Part shown: positions 35,734-49,231 of the stretch, piece by piece
Position numbering within the stretch: position 1 is the stretch's first letter
Layout of the letters: every line of letters starts with the position of its first letter
Assembly (NCBI GenBank): GCA_964057225.1
Contig: OZ059894.1
Location: forward strand, 12,090,001-12,154,000
Origin: Auanema rhodensis
Taxonomy: Eukaryota > Animalia > Nematoda
DNA length: 64,000 nucleotides
Direction: 5' to 3'
The notes under the pieces: model-generated
What the model was told of the DNA's origin: nothing
What the model saw: the letters and a program-made list of their open reading frames with translations, nothing else
Databases searched by the model: none
Translations under genes and position numbers: made by a program

Positions 35734-36913
35734 ACAGTAAAAAGTCCAATCAAGAGAGAAATTTTTTCAACACATAGTTGTTTTTTTTTTAAATATCATT
35801 GTTTTTCCTCATAACTCGGTTTAAACTCGTTCTAACCCGTTGAAATACGTCTAGAAAGTCTTTATAACATGCATATGTATGATAGAACTTCATATTTATT
35901 GTAATAGAAAATTTTATTTTCAGACGTCTTGGTTAACAATGATATGTTTTACCCCCTTATAATTTTTATCATAATGTTCCTTATACGGAACGCTCAATGA
36001 AACTTGCTTCCAGAAAAATTTCTTTCTATTTTTTCTTCATATGTACGTAGATACTATAGAGAACTATGATAGAAAACTTTAACATTCACGAAATCATCAT
36101 TTCTCATTACGCTACGGAGGTTTAAAAAGCTGTGTTTTACCTTATAATAGACCGGAAAACCCTTGTGTTAAAACTGGACCGTTTTTACACATATAAAAAT
36201 GTCCCGTATTCGGGACCCTAATGTAACTTTTGATTCCCTATATTTTTTTTCATGAAATTTACAATCTACTGTAGAAAGAAGAATTATTTTTATAAAAACT
36301 GTAAATTTTTGAAAAATGAAAACAAAACGAAAACAAAAACAACTTTTTTTTGAACATTTTCTCACACAAGGGTCCCCCCTTACCTACTTTTTTTCTCATT
36401 ACTCGTTTCAACCTCATCCGATCACTCTGCAAACATGTTTAATCGTTCTAACTTGTTGAAATACGTCTTAAAAGTCTAAACAACATGCATATGCATAATA
36501 GAAACCACCCGAATAGGCCCCCACGCACTAAACGAGATATATACATTACCAGTATAGTAATAGAACACATATTGAAGATTAATTCGATAAGAACAATTTA
36601 TTGACGTAGAGAATGTTTGTTCCGAAAAACTACAATATTAAACTATAAAAGTAACAAAAGCGTAGAGGCAGCAAAGACATGAATAAACATAAATGTAAAT
36701 ACAGAATTACCAGGTAGTACATAAGTATGACAAAAAATTATAAGAAAGCCATGAAAATAGAAGGTTTGTGAACAAATGAGAGGTACATCTTTGATCGTAT
36801 AGTCATTTCTAAACCGTTCGTATGCTGCAGCATCGTCATAAGCGTCACTCAAGTTGAATTTCCATGTGTACTATACGATTTTCATTCTTATTGTTACATT
36901 CTTTCCCTGAGGG

Positions 36914-37062
36914 AATGGGCCGTTCCCGCCAGCAGTGCAAGAGCGGGTCGACCCGTGAGGTGGAGCTAGCAAGCCAGCATCTACCTCAAGTCTCAAAAAT
37001 CGGTTAACCTTATTGTGAACCAATGGAACACATATCGAAGGTTAATTCGATAAGAACGATTA
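36914..37062 (-). pseudogene. U2 3' part downstream of element A copy 3
   Basis: Breaks at U2 nt 38. Confidence 0.9.
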
Positions 37063-40000
37063 ATGGTTTATTGGATAACTAATGTTATGAAACAATAAAT
37101 AACCAATAAAAAAGAGCCCAGAATCGGGGAGACGGTATTACCAGTACAACTTAAAACAACAAGTGATTAAAAAGTACAAAATAAAACACATTACCAACAG
37201 AGGCTAAAACGACTCAAGAGTCGGGGGAGTGGGTTAAAAAAAGTAATGAATAACAAAAAAAATGAATAATAAAGCAGAACAGTGAAAAGTAAATATCAAG
37301 TGCCGCTATGATCAAACAATTTGAGTGCCTACGGCAATGGTGTTAAAAATAAACAACAAAATACATGTACCAATGAAGGTCAGAAAGAGAGAAAGAAAAA
37401 AGACAAAAATAAGTAATACAAAAAGTAAAAAATATATTACAATCAAATCACAAACAAGTCAATGGATAATTTCTTCTTCATACTGCCTTACACCAGAAAC
37501 ATGTTCCACGTAGATATTCCTGGCCCACTTGATGGTATCGGCGACGACGAGCTTCTCCATTAGCCGGTTGTAGTGGCTGCTGATCTTGAGTGATCGGAGG
37601 GCTTGTACGTTGAGCGGGTCCATAGTTCCAAGCATTCCTACAACATACGCTTCTACACTAGTCTTATAACCAAGACATTGGTATTGGCTGGCTATGTCAG
37701 CATATTTCCTCTCCTTTATCATACGCGCGGCTATCATGGCTTGTCGGCGGTTTTCATAGCTCACTGTAACATCAACGATACTACAGTGTTTTGCGTCATG
37801 ATCGACCACTACTATGTCAGGTCGGAGTGTACTATTAATGCCAGGAAGAGGCTGGTTAGTGTAAACTTCTCCGTTTTTAGGCTCTGGCAGGGCTTTGATA
37901 AGACGGTCCACGATGTTGTTGTGGCGGAGTTGGATTGCTCTCGTGTGAAAGTGGCAGTGTCCAAGAACATGTGCAGCAGTTTCGTTGGGGTAACTACACC
38001 TGCGGCACTGTTTGTTTCCTTCTCCGTGTCTTCTACAGCCATTGAGCTGGAGAGTATTAAGTCGAGCCTTGTGGATGAATCGCCAATCAGCAAACCGTAT
38101 GAAATCTCCCTTCGCCATAAAGTGATTGGACGCTTTGTTGAGCATTGTGACATCAAAGACTTTCCCTTGATCCGGTTTTTGAAGAAGGATCCGAAGGTCT
38201 TTCAGCCATAATGCACGTCGCAGGCTTCTGTGGCATAGTGAAGGTGTTAACAGTTGGTTGTTTAGATTGAGTTCTAAACCACTTTCGAGGCATGTCCAGT
38301 TAGCGTTGATGAGTTTCTTGAGTTGACGCATCGCTACTCTTACTCTAGTCCAGATGGAGGAAACATCAGATGTTTCGGTGTCGAAAATGCCATCAACGGA
38401 ACCGTTGTAATATGCAGCTGTCTCATCGTTACTGGCTTGACGTTTAATCCTTTTTGATGCTACTTTTATTGAGTCTTGATGCGCAATATCAGCTACTACA
38501 AGATCAGATGACTTCAAAAGTTGGTAGGCATGAGTGACTTCACAGACGTCTGACAGGTGTTGGAGTCGAGAGAGACCAAGTCCGCCGTAGTTAGTTGGCA
38601 GGTAGATTGGTTCAGCACTGGCGTTTGGAGGATAGTGCATCCATCTACGGGCACAGCGTTTGAGTTCTTTGTCAAAGGCGACTAGTTTACTCTTTGGGAC
38701 GTGGCCATTCGTCATATGAAAATTAAGGCAGGGCATCAGGAAGGTGCGTACTGCGTCAGCTTTCTGCCATTCAGCCAGTAAGGATTTGTCAATTTTTTCC
38801 AAGTGTTGACTCATGATATTCACTGTTGGAACCGCAGACTTATGTAAATGCATTCCAGTAGGGATTCCCAGGTGGGAGTAGCTGTCAAATTTGCTGAGAG
38901 CGGGTAGAAAGCAGCTCTGAAGCATGTATGAGGCTGTTGATATTTTCCCTTTGTCGATCGTCAAAGTGGCGCATTTCGCTGGTTTGAAGGTCAAGCCTGT
39001 GAAATTAGCCGCATTTGATGCTGCGTCCAACATTTTCTGTAGATCTTCTGATGATGAGGAGACCAGGGCAAGGTCATCGGCGTACGCTAGCACAGCGATG
39101 TTGTGATTGTGTAGCTTATAGCCTGTAGAGGTTTCCAAGATGGTTTTAATTAGAGGTTCAATGGCAAGGTTGAACAGGATCGGAGATAGTGGGGATCCTT
39201 GTAACACACCTGCGTGAACTGGAATGGTCGAAGTGAGTCCGGAGCCTGTCTGGATTCTTGTAGAGGCATCTGTGTATAGAGCTCGTACTCGGGATATTGA
39301 GGCTTCAGCCATTCCTGACCATCTTAGAACGTCTAGCAGAGTTTCGTGTGGCAGCGATCCAAAAGCGTTTGCGAGATCAAGCCAAGCAATTGCAATTTTC
39401 TCACGTTTACGTTTAGCGTCTGCAATGGTACTTTGCAACAAAAAGTTGTGTTCCATGCATCCAGCTTTGGCCACAAAGCCCTTTTGGGAGGGAGAAAGTC
39501 TTTTTTCTGCTCTTGCCCATGTTAGCAGTCGATGCGTAAGACAAGCTGAGTACGTCTTACCAATTGTGCACGAAAGTGCTATTGGTCGCCAGTTGTTAAT
39601 GTCAGCTTTATCACCTTTCTTATGGATGAGGACGGTGGTCGACTCTTTCCAGGAAAAAGGGATGTGTCCTAGCTTGTGTACGGTGTTAAATATCGCTGCT
39701 AATATGTGACCTCCTTGGTCAAATTTCTTCCAGTGCGAGTATCGAAGTCCATCAGCTCCTGGAGCCGTATCGCTGCAACGTCGTATGCGTTCCCAGACTT
39801 CCAAAGGGGTGAAAACACCTTCTAATGGGTCGGTACTAGTTGGCAAATCCGGTCTGGTGACTGTGATGGGGAGGGCTGGGCCTTGACTGCTGTGAACAGA
39901 AAGGAAGTGTTTTTCAACATCTGCAGATGGTATGGTGCAGGTTTCACTTTGTTCTCCGAGCAGTTGTCGAAAGGCTTTCTTCTTGTTGGCCCTCCAAAGC

Positions 40001-40789
40001 TTCTGGATCTTCATCGCCTGGGTTTTTTGGTCTTCCTCAGGTTGTGTGTGTGGTCGGCGCCTTTGTCGGAAGTTGGGAACTTTGATCATAATGTCAAGAG
40101 ACTTTCTGATTGTGTCTACCAACTCTTCCAGGACCTGCTCGAGCTCACTTTTGCACACTACCTTTTTAATTCTATCCACCCAAATATTTTCAGAGTTTCT
40201 ATTCGGATCAGGGTCGGCAAAAGATGGTTCTGTACTCGGAACCCTGATCTCGTTGAATATTTCACTCTCTCGCGGAAGGGGGGAAACTTCGGCCTCTGGG
40301 GACAAGTCCAGAATTGGGGCCTCAAACAAGCGTACCGTTGATGGAGATCCTTGTTCCTGTCCACTGGATGATGTTTCCTCCATTGTACGCTCCTCCACGG
40401 GCGGGGTGGTCGTCCTTGTGCCTGGTGGGCGGGTGTTCCTGATCCTCCGCAATATAGGGCGGGAACTGGGCTCTCTCGGAGATAGAGGTGAGATCACCAC
40501 AGTTTCCTCTATGATGCGGAGGCATCCTTCAGCTTTTTTCTGATGGCTTTTAACGGCCTTCAGATTGCTGGTGAGGCCACAGGCACGGCACTCAAATTCT
40601 ACTCCGACCTCATGTTCTCTCCGAAGATGGCGGACGAGACCATTGTGGTCTGAGTAGGATCGCGGAATAGGAGCGCAGATTGAACAAGAAAAAGGGCTCT
40701 GAAGAGGCACCTTTAGCTTGTAAAGCCCTTGCTCCATCTCTAGCAGATCTAAAGACTTACGTAGTACAGTTGCAATATCGATTTAGCCA
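37063..40789 (-). mobile_element. Element A copy 3: full-length Utopia-like non-LTR retrotransposon
   Basis: Intact ORF; same junctions as copy 1. Confidence 0.93.
37459..40737 (-). CDS. Retrotransposon ZnF-RT-RLE protein (1092 aa)
   Basis: Same motifs as 3599-6877; differs only at the last residue (H vs N). Confidence 0.96.
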   Translation of the reverse strand: MEQGLYKLKVPLQSPFSCSICAPIPRSYSDHNGLVRHLRREHEVGVEFECRACGLTSNLKAVKSHQKKAEGCLRIIEETVVISPLSPREPSSRPILRRIRNTRPPGTRTTTPPVEERTMEETSSSGQEQGSPSTVRLFEAPILDLSPEAEVSPLPRESEIFNEIRVPSTEPSFADPDPNRNSENIWVDRIKKVVCKSELEQVLEELVDTIRKSLDIMIKVPNFRQRRRPHTQPEEDQKTQAMKIQKLWRANKKKAFRQLLGEQSETCTIPSADVEKHFLSVHSSQGPALPITVTRPDLPTSTDPLEGVFTPLEVWERIRRCSDTAPGADGLRYSHWKKFDQGGHILAAIFNTVHKLGHIPFSWKESTTVLIHKKGDKADINNWRPIALSCTIGKTYSACLTHRLLTWARAEKRLSPSQKGFVAKAGCMEHNFLLQSTIADAKRKREKIAIAWLDLANAFGSLPHETLLDVLRWSGMAEASISRVRALYTDASTRIQTGSGLTSTIPVHAGVLQGSPLSPILFNLAIEPLIKTILETSTGYKLHNHNIAVLAYADDLALVSSSSEDLQKMLDAASNAANFTGLTFKPAKCATLTIDKGKISTASYMLQSCFLPALSKFDSYSHLGIPTGMHLHKSAVPTVNIMSQHLEKIDKSLLAEWQKADAVRTFLMPCLNFHMTNGHVPKSKLVAFDKELKRCARRWMHYPPNASAEPIYLPTNYGGLGLSRLQHLSDVCEVTHAYQLLKSSDLVVADIAHQDSIKVASKRIKRQASNDETAAYYNGSVDGIFDTETSDVSSIWTRVRVAMRQLKKLINANWTCLESGLELNLNNQLLTPSLCHRSLRRALWLKDLRILLQKPDQGKVFDVTMLNKASNHFMAKGDFIRFADWRFIHKARLNTLQLNGCRRHGEGNKQCRRCSYPNETAAHVLGHCHFHTRAIQLRHNNIVDRLIKALPEPKNGEVYTNQPLPGINSTLRPDIVVVDHDAKHCSIVDVTVSYENRRQAMIAARMIKERKYADIASQYQCLGYKTSVEAYVVGMLGTMDPLNVQALRSLKISSHYNRLMEKLVVADTIKWARNIYVEHVSGVRQYEEEIIH

Positions 40790-40885
40790 TTAACCTTATT
40801 GTGAACCAATGGAACACATATCGAAGGTTAATTCGATAAGAACGATTACTACACTTTGATCTTAGCCAAAAGGCCGAGAAGCGAT
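40790..40885 (-). pseudogene. U2 nt 1-96 head fused to element A (nt 38-96 duplicated)
   Basis: Exact match to U2; normal upstream flank retained. Confidence 0.92.
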
Positions 40886-41327
40886 ACAGCATAGCCATGA
40901 GTATCAAAGACATCAAGCAAATGTATCGTACTTGTTACGAGTGCACTCTCTCATTTGAATATAAAAGTGTGGTTTGACAATCTTGACTGTACAGGTCATA
41001 AATGGCTCATATAAACTGTGGATTTACTCAACTTTTGGACTTATTTTTTTCTTATTCGAAGCGCTGCACTTTTTTCTATTCTTTTTATTCAAATACTTGT
41101 ATATAGTTTTATATGTACGGTTGCAAAGTTTCCGAATATTTTATATATTTTTATACAATAATTAGGAGAAGGTTAATACAATGAAATCTCCCAACTTTAC
41201 AGTGTTTGTATTGCTTACAGTATCTAGAACAACCACTCTTGTAATATTAGAGCACATATCAATCAACAACTTTTTCTAGTTATCAAAGCTTTTTTATTTC
41301 TTCAAGATATTTCAAATAAAATATAAA

Positions 41328-41446
41328 AGCTTACGACACCCGGGATTCCCAAGCCGTCTCCGATCCAAGTACTAACCGGGCCCAACGTTGCTTGACTTGC
41401 CAGATCGGACGGGATGGCGTACTTTCAACGTGGTATGGTCGTAAGC
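41328..41446 (-). rRNA. 5S rRNA
   Basis: Copy of 1225-1343. Confidence 0.96.
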
Positions 41447-41687
41447 AATGTTATATTCTTCATTATCAGTTATATCACTCTAAATCTTGTTGTTAATAGT
41501 TAGGACCACAAAGAAAACAACAGGAACAGTAACAAATGAAATGCCCAAACTTTACAGTGTTCGAGTTATTTACAGTATCTAAGACTACCTCTGTCGTGTT
41601 ATTAGAGCAAACATTCGATTAACAACAACTTTTTTTTAGTTATCAAAGCTTTTTTATTTCTTCAAAAAATTTCAAATAAAATATAAA

Positions 41688-41806
41688 AGCTTACGACACC
41701 CGGGATTCCCAAGCCGTCTCCGATCCAAGTACTAACCGGGCCCAACGTTGCTTGACTTGCCAGATCGGACGGGATGGCGTACTTTCAACGTGGTATGGTC
41801 GTAAGC
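41688..41806 (-). rRNA. 5S rRNA
   Basis: Copy of 1225-1343. Confidence 0.96.
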
Positions 41807-41948
41807 AATGTCATATTCTTCATTATCAGTTATATCACTCTAAATCTTGTTGTTAATAGATACGACCACAAAGAAAACAACAGGAACAGTAACAATAACA
41901 AAAAAAATTTTTTTTTCACCTATGTGTCTAAAGGTTAGCCATGTATCC

Positions 41949-41998
<50 letters not shown>

Positions 41999-43178
41999 AC
42001 AGTAAAAAGTCCAATCAAGAGAGAAATTTTTTCAACACATAGTTGTTTTTTTTTTAAATATCATTGTTTTTCCTCATAACTCGGTTTAAACTCGTTCTAA
42101 CCCGTTGAAATACGTCTAGAAAGTCTTTATAACATGCATATGTATGATAGAACTTCATATTTATTGTAATAGAAAATTTTATTTTCAGACGTCTTGGTTA
42201 ACAATGATATGTTTTACCCCCTTATAATTTTTATCATAATGTTCCTTATACGGAACGCTCAATGAAACTTGCTTCCAGAAAAATTTCTTTCTATTTTTTC
42301 TTCATATGTACGTAGATACTATAGAGAACTATGATAGAAAACTTTAACATTCACGAAATCATCATTTCTCATTACGCTACGGAGGTTTAAAAAGCTGTGT
42401 TTTACCTTATAATAGACCGGAAAACCCTTGTGTTAAAACTGGACCGTTTTTACACATATAAAAATGTCCCGTATTCGGGACCCTAATGTAACTTTTGATT
42501 CCCTATATTTTTTTTCATGAAATTTACAATCTACTGTAGAAAGAAGAATTATTTTTATAAAAACTGTAAATTTTTGAAAAATGAAAACAAAACGAAAACA
42601 AAAACAACTTTTTTTTGAACATTTTCTCACACAAGGGTCCCCCCTTACCTACTTTTTTTCTCATTACTCGTTTCAACCTCATCCGATCACTCTGCAAACA
42701 TGTTTAATCGTTCTAACTTGTTGAAATACGTCTTAAAAGTCTAAACAACATGCATATGCATAATAGAAACCACCCGAATAGGCCCCCACGCACTAAACGA
42801 GATATATACATTACCAGTATAGTAATAGAACACATATTGAAGATTAATTCGATAAGAACAATTTATTGACGTAGAGAATGTTTGTTCCGAAAAACTACAA
42901 TATTAAACTATAAAAGTAACAAAAGCGTAGAGGCAGCAAAGACATGAATAAACATAAATGTAAATACAGAATTACCAGGTAGTACATAAGTATGACAAAA
43001 AATTATAAGAAAGCCATGAAAATAGAAGGTTTGTGAACAAATGAGAGGTACATCTTTGATCGTATAGTCATTTCTAAACCGTTCGTATGCTGCAGCATCG
43101 TCATAAGCGTCACTCAAGTTGAATTTCCATGTGTACTACACGATTTTCATTCTTATTGTTACATTCTTTCCCTGAGGG

Positions 43179-43364
43179 AATGGGCCGTTCCCGCCAGCAG
43201 TGCAAGAGCGGGTCGACCCGTGAGGTGGAGCTAGCAAGCCAGCATCTACCTCAAGTCTCAAAAATCGGTTAACCTTATTGTGAACCAATGGAACACATAT
43301 CGAAGGTTAATTCGATAAGAACGATTACTACACTTTGATCTTAGCCAAAAGGCCGAGAAGCGAT
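43179..43364 (-). ncRNA. U2: U2 snRNA, intact
   Basis: Copy of 597-782. Confidence 0.95.
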
Positions 43365-43806
43365 ACAGCATAGCCATGAGTATCAAAGACATCAAGCAAA
43401 TGTATCGTACTTGTTACGAGTGCACTCTCTCATTTGAATATAAAAGTGTGGTTTGACAATCTTGACTGTACAGGTCATAAATGGCTCATATAAACTGTGG
43501 ATTTACTCAACTTTTGGACTTATTTTTTTCTTATTCGAAGCGCTGCACTTTTTTCTATTCTTTTTATTCAAATACTTGTATATAGTTTTATATGTACGGT
43601 TGCAAAGTTTCCGAATATTTTATATATTTTTATACAATAATTAGGAGAAGGTTAATACAATGAAATCTCCCAACTTTACAGTGTTTGTATTGCTTACAGT
43701 ATCTAGAACAACCACTCTTGTAATATTAGAGCACATATCAATCAACAACTTTTTCTAGTTATCAAAGCTTTTTTATTTCTTCAAGATATTTCAAATAAAA
43801 TATAAA

Positions 43807-43925
43807 AGCTTACGACACCCGGGATTCCCAAGCCGTCTCCGATCCAAGTACTAACCGGGCCCAACGTTGCTTGACTTGCCAGATCGGACGGGATGGCGTA
43901 CTTTCAACGTGGTATGGTCGTAAGC
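43807..43925 (-). rRNA. 5S rRNA
   Basis: Copy of 1225-1343. Confidence 0.96.
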
Positions 43926-44166
43926 AATGTTATATTCTTCATTATCAGTTATATCACTCTAAATCTTGTTGTTAATAGTTAGGACCACAAAGAAAACAAC
44001 AGGAACAGTAACAAATGAAATGCCCAAACTTTACAGTGTTCGAGTTATTTACAGTATCTAAGACTACCTCTGTCGTGTTATTAGAGCAAACATTCGATTA
44101 ACAACAACTTTTTTTTAGTTATCAAAGCTTTTTTATTTCTTCAAAAAATTTCAAATAAAATATAAA

Positions 44167-44285
44167 AGCTTACGACACCCGGGATTCCCAAGCCGTCTCC
44201 GATCCAAGTACTAACCGGGCCCAACGTTGCTTGACTTGCCAGATCGGACGGGATGGCGTACTTTCAACGTGGTATGGTCGTAAGC
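44167..44285 (-). rRNA. 5S rRNA
   Basis: Copy of 1225-1343. Confidence 0.96.
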
Positions 44286-44427
44286 AATGTCATATTCTTC
44301 ATTATCAGTTATATCACTCTAAATCTTGTTGTTAATAGATACGACCACAAAGAAAACAACAGGAACAGTAACAATAACAAAAAAAATTTTTTTTTCACCT
44401 ATGTGTCTAAAGGTTAGCCATGTATCC

Positions 44428-44473
<46 letters not shown>

Positions 44474-45653
44474 ACAGTAAAAAGTCCAATCAAGAGAGAA
44501 ATTTTTTCAACACATAGTTGTTTTTTTTTTAAATATCATTGTTTTTCCTCATAACTCGGTTTAAACTCGTTCTAACCCGTTGAAATACGTCTAGAAAGTC
44601 TTTATAACATGCATATGTATGATAGAACTTCATATTTATTGTAATAGAAAATTTTATTTTCAGACGTCTTGGTTAACAATGATATGTTTTACCCCCTTAT
44701 AATTTTTATCATAATGTTCCTTATACGGAACGCTCAATGAAACTTGCTTCCAGAAAAATTTCTTTCTATTTTTTCTTCATATGTACGTAGATACTATAGA
44801 GAACTATGATAGAAAACTTTAACATTCACGAAATCATCATTTCTCATTACGCTACGGAGGTTTAAAAAGCTGTGTTTTACCTTATAATAGACCGGAAAAC
44901 CCTTGTGTTAAAACTGGACCGTTTTTACACATATAAAAATGTCCCGTATTCGGGACCCTAATGTAACTTTTGATTCCCTATATTTTTTTTCATGAAATTT
45001 ACAATCTACTGTAGAAAGAAGAATTATTTTTATAAAAACTGTAAATTTTTGAAAAATGAAAACAAAACGAAAACAAAAACAACTTTTTTTTGAACATTTT
45101 CTCACACAAGGGTCCCCCCTTACCTACTTTTTTTCTCATTACTCGTTTCAACCTCATCCGATCACTCTGCAAACATGTTTAATCGTTCTAACTTGTTGAA
45201 ATACGTCTTAAAAGTCTAAACAACATGCATATGCATAATAGAAACCACCCGAATAGGCCCCCACGCACTAAACGAGATATATACATTACCAGTATAGTAA
45301 TAGAACACATATTGAAGATTAATTCGATAAGAACAATTTATTGACGTAGAGAATGTTTGTTCCGAAAAACTACAATATTAAACTATAAAAGTAACAAAAG
45401 CGTAGAGGCAGCAAAGACATGAATAAACATAAATGTAAATACAGAATTACCAGGTAGTACATAAGTATGACAAAAAATTATAAGAAAGCCATGAAAATAG
45501 AAGGTTTGTGAACAAATGAGAGGTACATCTTTGATCGTATAGTCATTTCTAAACCGTTCGTATGCTGCAGCATCGTCATAAGCGTCACTCAAGTTGAATT
45601 TCCATGTGTACTACACGATTTTCATTCTTATTGTTACATTCTTTCCCTGAGGG

Positions 45654-45839
45654 AATGGGCCGTTCCCGCCAGCAGTGCAAGAGCGGGTCGACCCGTGAGG
45701 TGGAGCTAGCAAGCCAGCATCTACCTCAAGTCTCAAAAATCGGTTAACCTTATTGTGAACCAATGGAACACATATCGAAGGTTAATTCGATAAGAACGAT
45801 TACTACACTTTGATCTTAGCCAAAAGGCCGAGAAGCGAT
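45654..45839 (-). ncRNA. U2: U2 snRNA, intact
   Basis: Copy of 597-782. Confidence 0.95.
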
Positions 45840-46281
45840 ACAGCATAGCCATGAGTATCAAAGACATCAAGCAAATGTATCGTACTTGTTACGAGTGCAC
45901 TCTCTCATTTGAATATAAAAGTGTGGTTTGACAATCTTGACTGTACAGGTCATAAATGGCTCATATAAACTGTGGATTTACTCAACTTTTGGACTTATTT
46001 TTTTCTTATTCGAAGCGCTGCACTTTTTTCTATTCTTTTTATTCAAATACTTGTATATAGTTTTATATGTACGGTTGCAAAGTTTCCGAATATTTTATAT
46101 ATTTTTATACAATAATTAGGAGAAGGTTAATACAATGAAATCTCCCAACTTTACAGTGTTTGTATTGCTTACAGTATCTAGAACAACCACTCTTGTAATA
46201 TTAGAGCACATATCAATCAACAACTTTTTCTAGTTATCAAAGCTTTTTTATTTCTTCAAGATATTTCAAATAAAATATAAA

Positions 46282-46400
46282 AGCTTACGACACCCGGGAT
46301 TCCCAAGCCGTCTCCGATCCAAGTACTAACCGGGCCCAACGTTGCTTGACTTGCCAGATCGGACGGGATGGCGTACTTTCAACGTGGTATGGTCGTAAGC
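46282..46400 (-). rRNA. 5S rRNA
   Basis: Copy of 1225-1343. Confidence 0.96.
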
Positions 46401-46641
46401 AATGTTATATTCTTCATTATCAGTTATATCACTCTAAATCTTGTTGTTAATAGTTAGGACCACAAAGAAAACAACAGGAACAGTAACAAATGAAATGCCC
46501 AAACTTTACAGTGTTCGAGTTATTTACAGTATCTAAGACTACCTCTGTCGTGTTATTAGAGCAAACATTCGATTAACAACAACTTTTTTTTAGTTATCAA
46601 AGCTTTTTTATTTCTTCAAAAAATTTCAAATAAAATATAAA

Positions 46642-46760
46642 AGCTTACGACACCCGGGATTCCCAAGCCGTCTCCGATCCAAGTACTAACCGGGCCCAAC
46701 GTTGCTTGACTTGCCAGATCGGACGGGATGGCGTACTTTCAACGTGGTATGGTCGTAAGC
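46642..46760 (-). rRNA. 5S rRNA
   Basis: Copy of 1225-1343. Confidence 0.96.
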
Positions 46761-46902
46761 AATGTCATATTCTTCATTATCAGTTATATCACTCTAAATC
46801 TTGTTGTTAATAGATACGACCACAAAGAAAACAACAGGAACAGTAACAATAACAAAAAAAATTTTTTTTTCACCTATGTGTCTAAAGGTTAGCCATGTAT
46901 CC

Positions 46903-46944
<42 letters not shown>

Positions 46945-48124
46945 ACAGTAAAAAGTCCAATCAAGAGAGAAATTTTTTCAACACATAGTTGTTTTTTTTT
47001 TAAATATCATTGTTTTTCCTCATAACTCGGTTTAAACTCGTTCTAACCCGTTGAAATACGTCTAGAAAGTCTTTATAACATGCATATGTATGATAGAACT
47101 TCATATTTATTGTAATAGAAAATTTTATTTTCAGACGTCTTGGTTAACAATGATATGTTTTACCCCCTTATAATTTTTATCATAATGTTCCTTATACGGA
47201 ACGCTCAATGAAACTTGCTTCCAGAAAAATTTCTTTCTATTTTTTCTTCATATGTACGTAGATACTATAGAGAACTATGATAGAAAACTTTAACATTCAC
47301 GAAATCATCATTTCTCATTACGCTACGGAGGTTTAAAAAGCTGTGTTTTACCTTATAATAGACCGGAAAACCCTTGTGTTAAAACTGGACCGTTTTTACA
47401 CATATAAAAATGTCCCGTATTCGGGACCCTAATGTAACTTTTGATTCCCTATATTTTTTTTCATGAAATTTACAATCTACTGTAGAAAGAAGAATTATTT
47501 TTATAAAAACTGTAAATTTTTGAAAAATGAAAACAAAACGAAAACAAAAACAACTTTTTTTTGAACATTTTCTCACACAAGGGTCCCCCCTTACCTACTT
47601 TTTTTCTCATTACTCGTTTCAACCTCATCCGATCACTCTGCAAACATGTTTAATCGTTCTAACTTGTTGAAATACGTCTTAAAAGTCTAAACAACATGCA
47701 TATGCATAATAGAAACCACCCGAATAGGCCCCCACGCACTAAACGAGATATATACATTACCAGTATAGTAATAGAACACATATTGAAGATTAATTCGATA
47801 AGAACAATTTATTGACGTAGAGAATGTTTGTTCCGAAAAACTACAATATTAAACTATAAAAGTAACAAAAGCGTAGAGGCAGCAAAGACATGAATAAACA
47901 TAAATGTAAATACAGAATTACCAGGTAGTACATAAGTATGACAAAAAATTATAAGAAAGCCATGAAAATAGAAGGTTTGTGAACAAATGAGAGGTACATC
48001 TTTGATCGTATAGTCATTTCTAAACCGTTCGTATGCTGCAGCATCGTCATAAGCGTCACTCAAGTTGAATTTCCATGTGTACTACACGATTTTCATTCTT
48101 ATTGTTACATTCTTTCCCTGAGGG

Positions 48125-48310
48125 AATGGGCCGTTCCCGCCAGCAGTGCAAGAGCGGGTCGACCCGTGAGGTGGAGCTAGCAAGCCAGCATCTACCTCAA
48201 GTCTCAAAAATCGGTTAACCTTATTGTGAACCAATGGAACACATATCGAAGGTTAATTCGATAAGAACGATTACTACACTTTGATCTTAGCCAAAAGGCC
48301 GAGAAGCGAT
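48125..48310 (-). ncRNA. U2: U2 snRNA, intact
   Basis: Copy of 597-782 (SNP at -2 in flank). Confidence 0.95.
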
Positions 48311-48752
48311 ATAGCATAGCCATGAGTATCAAAGACATCAAGCAAATGTATCGTACTTGTTACGAGTGCACTCTCTCATTTGAATATAAAAGTGTGGTTT
48401 GACAATCTTGACTGTACAGGTCATAAATGGCTCATATAAACTGTGGATTTACTCAACTTTTGGACTTATTTTTTTCTTATTCGAAGCGCTGCACTTTTTT
48501 CTATTCTTTTTATTCAAATACTTGTATATAGTTTTATATGTACGGTTGCAAAGTTTCCGAATATTTTATATATTTTTATACAATAATTAGGAGAAGGTTA
48601 ATACAATGAAATCTCCCAACTTTACAGTGTTTGTATTGCTTACAGTATCTAGAACAACCACTCTTGTAATATTAGAGCACATATCAATCAACAACTTTTT
48701 CTAGTTATCAAAGCTTTTTTATTTCTTCAAGATATTTCAAATAAAATATAAA

Positions 48753-48871
48753 AGCTTACGACACCCGGGATTCCCAAGCCGTCTCCGATCCAAGTACTAA
48801 CCGGGCCCAACGTTGCTTGACTTGCCAGATCGGACGGGATGGCGTACTTTCAACGTGGTATGGTCGTAAGC
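48753..48871 (-). rRNA. 5S rRNA
   Basis: Copy of 1225-1343. Confidence 0.96.
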
Positions 48872-49112
48872 AATGTTATATTCTTCATTATCAGTTATAT
48901 CACTCTAAATCTTGTTGTTAATAGTTAGGACCACAAAGAAAACAACAGGAACAGTAACAAATGAAATGCCCAAACTTTACAGTGTTCGAGTTATTTACAG
49001 TATCTAAGACTACCTCTGTCGTGTTATTAGAGCAAACATTCGATTAACAACAACTTTTTTTTAGTTATCAAAGCTTTTTTATTTCTTCAAAAAATTTCAA
49101 ATAAAATATAAA

Positions 49113-49231
49113 AGCTTACGACACCCGGGATTCCCAAGCCGTCTCCGATCCAAGTACTAACCGGGCCCAACGTTGCTTGACTTGCCAGATCGGACGGGAT
49201 GGCGTACTTTCAACGTGGTATGGTCGTAAGC
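49113..49231 (-). rRNA. 5S rRNA
   Basis: Copy of 1225-1343. Confidence 0.96.
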
